A DNA stretch of 64,000 nucleotides, from positions 17,873,437-17,937,436 of the forward strand of contig OZ316895.1 in assembly GCA_973895155.1 (NCBI GenBank). Reading direction: 5' to 3'. Numbering within the stretch: the first letter of the stretch is position 1; every line of letters begins with the position of its first letter. Both the position numbers and the translations under genes were made by a program. The notes under the pieces are model-generated. The model did no database searches. It saw only the letters and a program-made list of their open reading frames with translations, and was not told the DNA's origin. Shown in pieces: positions 12,396 through 22,742 of this stretch. The DNA comes from Marsupella aquatica. Taxonomy: Eukaryota; Plantae; Marchantiophyta.

Positions 12396-12935
12396 CTATA
12401 ACTTTTCCCTGAGCAACAGCGGGAGCTTCACTATAAAGTTGTGAAGCTGCGTATGTAGGATCTCTTGCCCCGCCAACTGGTTTTGGTAATAAGTGATGAC
12501 CTTTTGGATATCACCCCTGAATCTCATCTCCGTTACACATTTTTGAGCGTGTCGCTCCGGGTACTTGGTGGTGACATGAGCATGGAGACCCTCAACCAGG
12601 TTTTCCCAAGTTAACGGCAAGGAGGAGTCCTCTCGCGACTTCTTCCAAGACTTGTACCAAGTCAGGGCATAGTCCTTTAGGTAAGGAGCGGCTGCAGTAG
12701 CCCAAGTGGAACGCTCAACACACGCTTGGAGATGACTCTTCGTTGTGGAGAGCCAACTCAAGAACTTTTTTCCACTTTTCTCATAGGCCCCATCGTAAGT
12801 TGGAGGAGTCGGTAGCTGGTTCACTTGGAACATACTCCGTCCAACTACCATTCCCCCCTCGAGACGCGTTGCACTGACTACCCAGACTAAGTAAGCACTT
12901 AATCTGGGCCCCCTTTTTGTGTTCCAACTGCTCAT
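12396..12935 (-). pseudogene. gag: Retrotransposon gag fragment (copy 2)
   Basis: PPTYDG...FLSWL...APYLKDYALTWY...LTWENL capsid-like motifs. Confidence 0.8.
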
Positions 12936-14915
12936 AAATGAGTTGTTGGTCTTGGGTCAATGGACCCAAACCATCGTCAGCAGCTGGGCCCTTGCGGGTT
13001 GTATGAGGACTGTCCTCCAACCGTCTTTCCTTTGCAGGCCGCCTGTCGTTAGGTTCCTTTGTGGATTTTGGTGACAACCCCCGTGACTTGCGGGCACCAT
13101 GACCTCCCAGGGCTGAGGCATCACCCGCATCGCTCTGGTTTTGCTTGGTCAAACTGTTCACGATGACATCCGGCTCGACATCATCCTTGGTTCAGCATCC
13201 AACCCTCTCAAGGCTGGGATCAGTTCCTCTTTTGGGTCCTGACCCTCTTCCTTCGATTCAACTTCTGCATCTTCGTCGCTTCCATCAAAGTCGGAGCTGT
13301 CGTCGTTTGACCCATCCTCTGAAGGATCGGCCACCTCCTTCCCTTTACGTTGACGACGCTCTGCACTTGACGTGTTTGCTGTGGTGGTAGACGGTTTGGC
13401 CGCCACGTCTTTGTTGTCCTGCTTGTAACATTTGTCTCTAGAGGGAAGTCGACCCATCCTCCTTCTATTCTTCTTGAACTTGGGCTCTCCCCTTGGCGGG
13501 GGGAGCCTGTTTGCCACTCTTTGATCGAGTGTTTTTTGCCATGTCCCTAGCAACCAAATCTGCCCGCATTCAACCTGGCAGGCACGTTGAAGCACTAAGT
13601 CCCCACAAAAATCCGTTAAGAGTTTTGGATTCCGACTTAGCACAACCCCGGCCCGGTGTCTATGCCAACAATCGCTCTGATACCACAAGTGGTGGACCTT
13701 GCCACCTAGCGCCCTCACCAATCCCAGCACCCACGCCTACATCAGGAAATTGGTACCCATACTATTCGACGAGGTTTCATGATGTTTTCATCACAACGTA
13801 TAAGCAATATTGATTTACACACAAAGCACATCAATGATGATTCATCGTTGAAATTTTCAGCATTGAATGAGGTATTTTCACCACAGATGTTTTCTATGTT
13901 TAATCATTGTAGTGTCATCATGGATGGATTCATCACATTTTCATTGCTGATGGGCATCACTTTCCATACACCGAAAATTTTGACAATGCTTAAGCAAGGA
14001 TTCATTGTAAAATAAACAATGATTTTCATTACATTTTCATTGTATTATCAGTATCTGTACAACTTGACAATAATATCTAGTGGTCGTATAATGAATCATC
14101 AGCTATTGATCATCGTTGCACTATTATTGTTTTGGAGTTGACATAGTTGTGGCGTCATCATTGAATCAACATGTTTCAATTGTTGAATACCTTTCATTTC
14201 ATCGATAGTTAATTGTATTTACCTTCAATATTCCGTATTGTGTCATTCATTATGCAATGAATTGTCAATGTTGTTTCCACACTGAAAAAACACATCATGA
14301 ATAGACATTGACTCAACATTGTAAAATCATTGTGATTGTTGTAAACCCTAGTTTACCCCTTAACCATAGGGCGAGAACCCTTAACCATAGGGCGAGAACC
14401 CTTAACCATAGTATGAGAACTCCTAACCATAGGACCAGTATAAGGGCATTTGCCTACCATGTAACCAAGGGGATATATATATCCCCTCATCAATAGTAAT
14501 GGATCTATCTTGTTGGAGTATCTTTGAGTGTTCCTTTAGTTGTCTATTACAACACGTTATCAGCACGAGCCAGTCTCTAAAAATCATTTTTTTTCAAGCA
14601 GATGCAATCGAGTTTTACACGAGGAGAATGCTCGTAAAGTGGCATTTTTTTTTAGAAACTGCCATAACCGTTTTTTTTTCTTGGTCTCCATTCTTTTGCC
14701 TCAGAGTTGAATTTTTTTTACAAAACACGAAATTTCACATAGAGCATCAATTCGGGACCAGCATATCGAGAGTCCAAAGGACTAATACTTTATTGGCATG
14801 ATTGAAAGCTCCCTCAGCTCCATATACAAGCTTCCAACCGGTCAATTGTACAATCGAGATACTTCACTCGATTCAATCTTCACCAAAGTTCTTAAATCAA
14901 CTGACATCCCGAATA

Positions 14916-16001
14916 ATGAATACAGTCGAAAAATTATTATGGCCAGCACTTAAAGTCGACGGATCCAACTATTTGACGTGGATCACAGATGTCGAAACTT
15001 ACTTTACATCACAAGACCTTGAAGACACCTTAGATACCGACATCGATGTCACGCTCAAACAAAAGGCTAAGGCAGCGTTTCTACTCAGGCAACATCTAAC
15101 CCCTCAACTAAAGAATGAGTATATGAACGAAATTAATCCAAGAAAACTATGGGATCTCCTCAAAGCCCGATTTGATCATATGAGGGAGATATGGCTCCCA
15201 GAGGCAAGAAGGGATTGGCATAACCTGCGCGTCATGGACCACACCACAATTGCCAATTACAATAGCGCACTGTGCAGAATTACATCTCAATTAGAAATGT
15301 GTGGACATCCAATAAATGACATAGATAGAATCGATAAGACACTATCGACATTCCCTGAATCTAATATCACATTAGGTACACAATATAGGAACATGCGTTT
15401 CACTAAGTACTCAGATCTGATTGCTCACTTACTTGTGGAAGAGAAGCAACAGATCGTGGCCTTGCAAAACGCCAGAAAGCGCCCAGCAGGATCAGACCCC
15501 CCACCACATCGACCTGAAACCCACTACACCAATTATGAAGACAAACAACGAGGAAATTACCGGGGCGGACGAACTCAATTCAGAGGCGGAAGAAACCAAT
15601 TCAGGGGCGGGAGAAATCAATTCAGAGGACAAGGCAAACCTTATAACCGACCCTCCGGATCCAATAACACGTGGCGCAGAGGCACCATGAATAATAGAGG
15701 AAGAGGACGAAGCAACCAATACGACATTGCAAACAATTCCCAGAAAATGTGTTACCGATGTGGCAAAATTGGCCACATTAGAAACGCATGTGCAGCCACA
15801 GAACAAGAGGCCCACAGATACATAAACGACAGAAATAAGTCCAGACAAAACCCCCAAGGACATTATATGGAGATAGAAGAAGAATTGATTGCCTCTCAGA
15901 GAGAAGAAACACAAGAACAGATAGAAGTACATACCTCTCTTACTGACTGGAAATACCCGACATTAGACGACCCCGATACGGGCATCATCGACAGCAGCTA
16001 A
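14916..16001 (+). CDS. gag: Copia Gag, ending at the start of a deleted protease
   Basis: LKVDGSNYLTW, LWDLLKARFDH, RGG-rich region, CYRCGKIGHIRNAC zinc knuckle; ends IIDSS-stop. Confidence 0.9.
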   Translation: MNTVEKLLWPALKVDGSNYLTWITDVETYFTSQDLEDTLDTDIDVTLKQKAKAAFLLRQHLTPQLKNEYMNEINPRKLWDLLKARFDHMREIWLPEARRDWHNLRVMDHTTIANYNSALCRITSQLEMCGHPINDIDRIDKTLSTFPESNITLGTQYRNMRFTKYSDLIAHLLVEEKQQIVALQNARKRPAGSDPPPHRPETHYTNYEDKQRGNYRGGRTQFRGGRNQFRGGRNQFRGQGKPYNRPSGSNNTWRRGTMNNRGRGRSNQYDIANNSQKMCYRCGKIGHIRNACAATEQEAHRYINDRNKSRQNPQGHYMEIEEELIASQREETQEQIEVHTSLTDWKYPTLDDPDTGIIDSS

Positions 16002-16125
16002 TGCGCCATCGCGAGTACAAACCTCCTCGACACCGGCCAATGTAACAGCCCCCAGAGCAAAGCGAGGCAGACCACCAGGGATCAAGGACTCCCAGCCTCG
16101 CCAACGTAAAACTCCAGCAGCAAAC

Positions 16126-18066
16126 TTGGGTACACCCGCGCTGGAACCAGCGATCACACTTAACGTGACAGCGATAAATCAAAACGACCCACTGAGTGAA
16201 GAAAACGAGGAAATGTCAATCACATACATGCAAACAGGTAACATATATAAACGACCGACAACCCAAATTGATGAACAATTTGCCTATAACGTAATACAGG
16301 AAATCACCAACGATATTCCTGATCCGCTCACTATAAACGAGGCAAAGAAACAACCAGATTGGCCAAAGTGGCAAGCAGCAATACATACCGAGATGGACGC
16401 CCTCATCAAGCGACAAGTATTCGGACCATTTAAAATGGCATTACCAGGTACACATTACACCGACTCTCGATTTACATTCTTGAAAAAACGAAATGAGAAA
16501 GGCATAGTAGTAAGATATCGAGCCCGGCTAGTAGCCAAAGGCTACACACAAATCCCGGGCAGGGACTACGATTTAACATACTCACCAGTAATGGACGCTA
16601 CTACATATCGCTATCTCACAACACATTCAGTCCACCATAAACTGGTTAATAACCTTATGGACGTGGTAACCGCGTACCTTTACGGCACACTCGATACTGA
16701 GATATACATGACTGCCCCCCCGGAACTGATAGAGAGGGTCAAGCAGCACATTCAGGGGGAGACGTCCCAGAACCTGAATACAGAGATTAAAAAGGGCATC
16801 AGCCAAATAATACCTGATGGGGATACAAAGGCCCTCTTGATGCAAAGTGGAAATACACAGGCAATGCATACCAGAGGAAAGAAATTAACAACAAAACTTA
16901 CAGTCCAAGTGTTACGTTCCATCAACGGACTTAAACAGAGCGGCAAAATCTGGTATCAGAAATTCCAGACAGAGATGCTCGCCCTCGGATTTACAAATAG
17001 CGGACTGGCCCCCTGCATCTTCATCAAAAAGCATATGGACGAAGTCCTGATACTAGCACTGTACGTGGACGATGTGAACTTATTCGGGACTAAACAGATG
17101 ATGAAAGACACAATACATACACTGAAAGGAGTCTTCGAGATGAAGGACCTTGGAAGACCCAACCACTGCCTAGGCCTGCAGATCGAACACTTAGAAACAG
17201 GCATATTCCTTTACCAATCGACATACACGCAGAAGATACTTCATCAATTCAACATGCAGAAATCCTACCCTGTCCCCACCCCGATGGAACTCAGATCTCT
17301 AGACCCGATCAAAGATATGTTTCGGAAGCGCCAAGAAGACGAACCCATACTGGGATCAGAAAAACCGTACCTATCAGCGGTGGGCGCCCTTATGTATCTA
17401 GCGAACCAGACGAGACCTGACATATCGTTCGCCGTCAGTCTCTTAGCGAGACACAGCGCACAGCCCACCATCAGGCATTGGAACGGCATCAAGAGGATCA
17501 TGAGATACCTACAAGGGACGATCGACCTTGGACTATTCTTTCCTAAGAATAGCCCCGATACGCTTACCGGTTACACTGATGCCGGCTACCTGTCGGACCC
17601 CCAGGACTCCAAATCACAGACTGGGTACATGTTCTTACAGGGGACGACAGCAATATCTTGGCGAAGTTCAAAGCAAACAATGACCACAACGTCATCCAAC
17701 CACTCGGAAATCATAGCGTTATACGAGGCGTGCAGAGAAGCTGTATGGCTACGAAGCATTATCAATCATATTAGGTCCAGCACCGGTAAACCACAGATAA
17801 CAGAGCCAACCACAATCTACGAAGACAATAAGGCGTGTATCGACCAGATAACCAACGGAATCCTGAAGACCGAGAGGACCAAGCATATTGACCCCAAGTA
17901 TTTCTTCACGCAAGAACAACAAGGGAAAAGTATCAATGTTGCATGGATCAAATCTCAGGACAATCGAGCAGACATGTTTACGAAACCACTACCAGCCGGA
18001 TTGCACAGAGCGCACCTCGAAGGCATAGGCATGAGCAGATTGTCCACGATCAAGCCCACCTCATAA
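16126..18066 (+). CDS. pol: Copia reverse transcriptase + RNase H (open frame; first ATG is downstream of the TTG called)
   Basis: RYRARLVAKGYTQ, MDVVTAYLYG, GLKQSG, LYVDD, YTDAGY, RTKHIDPKYF, ADMFTKPL. Confidence 0.93.
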   Translation: MGTPALEPAITLNVTAINQNDPLSEENEEMSITYMQTGNIYKRPTTQIDEQFAYNVIQEITNDIPDPLTINEAKKQPDWPKWQAAIHTEMDALIKRQVFGPFKMALPGTHYTDSRFTFLKKRNEKGIVVRYRARLVAKGYTQIPGRDYDLTYSPVMDATTYRYLTTHSVHHKLVNNLMDVVTAYLYGTLDTEIYMTAPPELIERVKQHIQGETSQNLNTEIKKGISQIIPDGDTKALLMQSGNTQAMHTRGKKLTTKLTVQVLRSINGLKQSGKIWYQKFQTEMLALGFTNSGLAPCIFIKKHMDEVLILALYVDDVNLFGTKQMMKDTIHTLKGVFEMKDLGRPNHCLGLQIEHLETGIFLYQSTYTQKILHQFNMQKSYPVPTPMELRSLDPIKDMFRKRQEDEPILGSEKPYLSAVGALMYLANQTRPDISFAVSLLARHSAQPTIRHWNGIKRIMRYLQGTIDLGLFFPKNSPDTLTGYTDAGYLSDPQDSKSQTGYMFLQGTTAISWRSSKQTMTTTSSNHSEIIALYEACREAVWLRSIINHIRSSTGKPQITEPTTIYEDNKACIDQITNGILKTERTKHIDPKYFFTQEQQGKSINVAWIKSQDNRADMFTKPLPAGLHRAHLEGIGMSRLSTIKPTS

Positions 18067-19393
18067 CACTGAAGCTCGAAAGGATTACCCAACGACGAAG
18101 CTGTCGCCCGATGAAGCCGCCTCCAGATGCCCGACCACCACACTCGGCGAGCGCCACACCACATCCCCGACGTGAAACAACGCAAACCAACGCAAAAACG
18201 CCCGACTTGGCCTCACTAACCCAAAGCACAACACGAAGCGAAGCGCAATACGCAAAACGACATGAAGAACAACACGAGGCGCACACCAGGCAACGAGCTG
18301 AGGGGGAGACTAGACACCCATTAGGAACATTCACATAACCCCACTTAGCACATACGATTAACACTAACTAAGACATGGCAAAAAGGCTTAACCAGGACAT
18401 TAGATATGGGAAACCACCTATATAAGTGATGGTAGCACTCTTTCCTCGAGAAGAAAGCGGCGAGGTTTTAATGAGGCTACATCACACAGGTGGACCCCTA
18501 AACCGGATTATACCCTAGGTTCAAGAGATGTGGTTACTTTATGCTCCTCCATAAACTAACCAAGGGGGAGTGTTGTAAACCCTAGTTTACCCCTTAACCA
18601 TAGGGCGAGAACCCTTAACCATAGGGCGAGAACCCTTAACCATAGTATGAGAACTCCTAACCATAGGACCAGTATAAGGGCATTTGCCTACCATGTAACC
18701 AAGGGGATATATATATCCCCTCATCAATAGTAATGGATCTATCTTGTTGGAGTATCTTTGAGTGTTCCTTTAGTTGTCTATTACAACAGTGATTTCATTG
18801 TTGAATTGTTGTGACATCACTATTGATTTAGATTGGACTCTGAAATAGTTTTGTGTTGTTTCATTGCCCTTTCAATACCATTTCATCAACTAATCATTCT
18901 CATTTCAAGCAACACATTTCCCCAGTTTGGACCTGTGCGACAAATGAGGGGTCTGGTGCCCTACATCTGACACATGTCACACCCCGTCATCCCGACGGGC
19001 CCACACCCAGCCCAACCCTGCCACGACCCCGGCCCCGACTTCAGTGTCCTGGCCTGACCCCGACCTGTTCCACTCGGCTAGGGAATATACTGAGTGGATA
19101 TGTGACATTTGACCCCTTTTAAAGCCGACAGATAACAACTTGTCGCGTTGGACATCACGACAATGTGTTCGTCAGTCCAAAACTGACATTTCCATTGATA
19201 TTTGTTCATTATGTTTTTTAATGACAATGCTAACTTACAAAGGTGTTTCCTCTCACTTGGTGTTAACTAGCCTGAAGCCCAGACATTGTTTTCCTCCTCT
19301 CTCCTCCTCCCAGGCACCCTGTCCCCTCACCCTCTAGCTTCCCTTTCCCTCCCAAGATCCCCCTCCATGACTGTTTCCTCCCCCTGACTGTTT

Positions 19394-19523
19394 GCCTCCC
19401 CCTTGCTCAACATGCCCTGCCCACCCTAACACAGGCTGCCTCCCCCTTGCTCAACATGCCCTGCCCACCCTAACACAGGCTGCCTCCCCCTTGCTCAACA
19501 TGCCCTGCTCACCCTAACACAGG
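19394..19523. repeat. Tandem repeat, ~42-bp unit x3
   Basis: GCCTCCCCCTTGCTCAACATGCCCTGCCCACCCTAACACAGGCT repeated. Confidence 0.9.
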
Positions 19524-19745
19524 CCACTTGGGGCGGACTGTGTCAAACATCCTTGCCTCACTTATTCATTTGCGCCAGCTTTGCTAGTAAATAAGACGTT
19601 TGTCCCTTCAACAGTAGGTGAATCCCATATCGAGGGGTCTCACAGTGGATTTGTGACGGGCCACGAAGAGGAGAGGATTCCGAGTGCAGCTCGAGTAATC
19701 ACTATAGTGACGACGATTGTGTCGAACTCGAATTCGAAGCCTCGC

Positions 19746-20140
19746 ATGGGAGCGTCGACAAATGACCAACGATTTCTGCCGGTGTTCATTCTTGGAACGT
19801 ACTTCGGGCCCGATGTGCGCGAGGAGGTGCCAAGAAAATTGGCGCTGCAGCGAGAGGCGGAGCAGTTGCCTGGCTATGCGGCGGAATTGTTGGGAGGGTA
19901 TGTGTGCAAGCTGTCGGAAAGCGAGAGCGTGTATTACTACCTGCTGCGGAATTCACATCCCAGCGCGAAGGTAAAGCTGCAATCGCTGTGCAAGTTTCTG
20001 CAGGGGCATCGATCTGGCGCCCCCGGTGAAGGAGACTCTGGAAGATGACCGCCAATTCCCGAGCTTCTTCCCTCCGCATTTGCATTGGCATGCTCGGTAC
20101 AAAGGAACGTACAAAGTAGTCGAGAACATAGTGTTTATTG
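19746..20140 (+). pseudogene. Captured N-terminal fragment of an IDM2/IDM3-like (increased DNA methylation, alpha-crystallin-domain family) gene
   Basis: DQRFLPVFILGTYFGPDV..PRKLALQR..LPGY..ESVYYYLLRNSHPS..KFLQG; after a frameshift, DDRQFPSFFPPHLH..YKVVENIVFI. Resembles IDM2/IDM3 N-termini as I recall them. Confidence 0.7.
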
Positions 20141-21369
20141 TCATGGAGGGGTGATTCGGAATTGCTGATCTGGTCTGGTGTAGTAGTTGTGGTGGTAATG
20201 GTGATGGTGCTCTCCTTCCTCTGATGTATGTTCCCATTGGGGAGGGTCGCAAAGAGAAAGATGGCGAGTTCAGGAACTGTTTATGGTGCGAGGTCAGGGA
20301 AGACAAGGTGTGAGATGTGCTTGGAACGTGGGAGCGACCGAATTGCGCATTTTAGGTCATGGGATTGAGTGACGAGATGAGCAACGCGGGGCGGAGGTTG
20401 GAGGAAGGTAGTAGTTGAGTTTAGTTGGAGTTTGTTGATGCAAACATGCCAAAGGTAGGGATCATTATTAGGGTTTTGGTTTCCGCTTCGGTTCGATTCG
20501 ATCCCTTCTCGAGGGAGTGGGAGTGACAGAAAGGGATTGACTGCTGCTTCTATTTGTTGGACGAGATGCATGGCTTTCTATCTTCCAGGTAATGCATTGC
20601 GTCTCTTCTCCCTCTCTTCGCCTCTCGTCTGGTCTTTCAATCTCCTCTGTTCTCTACTATATGCCACTCCTCACTACTCCTTTCTGCTAAGGATTTGGTG
20701 CGAGATTTTGATTTACTTCTCCAAGAACTCATTTGGAGTTATGGTAATTTGGATGTATCGGAGTGCTCCTGAGCGCCGATGCCAAGCTATGCGGGAGGTT
20801 CGATGAGTTGCAACAGAGATTGAACGTTCGCTTTCCTTGCTGTTGAAAGAAACGTACCTTGCTTTACATTACAGATTTACAGTGCTGCACTGTCAGATCC
20901 CTCCAACGGACGACGGATCCAACCGACCACAGCACACCGCTCACTCTGGATGCGGAGTATCTCACGAACGACAAGCTGTTTAAGTTTGCAACGGGACGGC
21001 AGACAGTAAAGTAGACGGATAGGTGTACAAGACAGCACGTTATGGAGCATTGACGTGACTTCTTGAGTCGCAGAAGCAACCCCGAGTTCCTGTCGGTATC
21101 ACATTGAGACACATGAGATGTTATTCATTTACTCAACGTGTATGTACATCCTTACGGACGAAGTTAGGTTGACACGGAATTTCACTCTACCCAGTCAAGT
21201 TAGTCCAAGTTACTATTACAAATAATATCATTCCTGGTTATTACTTGTGTATTTATGGAAATTCAGAAGAACGGCCTTGATCTAAGCTAGAAGATTACGG
21301 ACTGTTTTGTAAACGTGGTCAATTTTCGTTTATGGACGAAGCCTCTAGATGGACGAAGAGGAGAGAAGA

Positions 21370-21407
21370 GAGGACAGGACAGGACAGGACAGGACAGGAC
21401 AGGACAG
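21370..21407. repeat. (GGACA)n microsatellite
   Basis: About 7 direct copies. Confidence 0.9.
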
Positions 21408-22099
21408 AGTGGTGGAATGAAGTCGAGTCAGAGTGGTGGAACGAGTCGAGTCAGCAGATCACTAACAAACCGCGCCACGGTTCCCTAGTTGCGTAGGTAA
21501 AACGATCGCTCTTCTGACCGAGCCATTATTTTGTCCGGCTACGTTACGTTACGCATTCATTCATACGTCAATCAATCAGGTTGAAGGTGAGTTCTGATCA
21601 AATTGTGCGTTCTTCCTCCATTGTAATTTCACAATGAAAGGCTATTGAATGTAGACATTCGTCAGTAGCCAGGTTAAATTTTGAATATTGAGTGAGAATA
21701 ACTACAGTAGCTACTAAATATTTACTAGTCAGACTTCTGAACGACACTGTCCTGCATGTGCTGAATAATAGCGTGACAGGTTATTTTTCGGTCAACTAGT
21801 AGAACATGCTTTGCCAAGTTTGACTAGTTTATATTCAGAAGCTACGAGAAGTTCTCTCGGAACTTCTGTGGTAAGAACAGAAGTCTCGATTTGTGGTGGT
21901 CTTTCGGCCCGCATCTTTTCAGTCCCTACAGGTTAGAACGTCTCTCATATCACAGCATCCAAAACCATTCCGAGTACCAGTAGGATCCTTATGCTGCAGT
22001 GCATAGTGTGTAACAGTCAGTATGACTACTTATATTAGACTAATCTTCCATGGTCTCTTGTTATTATGATTTCAGGATAGAGAATCGGTCGGAAGTGTT

Positions 22100-22742
22100 G
22101 CCCTTCCGGTATCGTCAAGCTGGGGGAAATTCCGATTCATGGCAGCACTTGGGGCCAGGTTCTGCTGCCTCATTTGCGTGGGAAGACCTTCAAAGAGACC
22201 GCATGCTATAACTTCTCGTTTTTTTCTGAGTGAAGCGGACTACTGGTGAAGCGAACTACTGCAATCGCCATCGTGGTCATCGTCGCCTCCTCCTCCTGAG
22301 GCGCCTTTGCCATTGAGGTCATCATCGCCTCCTCCTCCGCCGCAGCTGCAGCAGCGGCAGTCCTATCCCTACCTCGAGTACAATGCTGCTCGAGTCCTCG
22401 GCCGTTTCTCAAGAAGGTCCCGCAACGAGAAGCTTCTCAGGGTCCAGAAATCTTGACCTCCTCCTCAGCTTGTGCGAGTGCTCCATCCCTACCCTTCCCA
22501 GGCCTCCGTGCCCCCACAATTTGCTGCAATCTCCTCCCAGGCGCTGAACCCTTCGGTGCCACGAAGATGGCTCCCGAACGTCTTGAAGACCACCTGCTGC
22601 TGCTAACCAGGCCCGATTGTGATTTCATATCCAAGCATGTTGCGGCTGCTGGAACGGAGGAGGAGCTCGACGTGTAGCCCGAGCTCGAGCTCCTGTCATG
22701 GGCCAGTAGCAGCGAGAGCTGGGAGCTGAACGCGGTAGCCAT
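22100..22742 (-). pseudogene. Captured 5' exon of a plastid-targeted protein gene (possibly PPR)
   Basis: MATAFSSQLS... S/R/A-rich transit-peptide-like N-terminus. Reading frame continues past a TGA at 22437; later a degenerate PPR-like stretch (HAVSLKVF..MRQQNLAP). Confidence 0.5.

Larger units (their letters stand above)
14337..18788 (+). mobile_element. Ty1/copia Bianca-type retrotransposon, PR/INT-deleted, identical LTRs
   Basis: 218-bp LTRs at 14337-14554 and 18571-18788 (TG...CA), TSD GTGAT, PBS CGTTATCAGCACG 14555-14567, PPT AAGGGGGAG before 18571. Confidence 0.95.
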
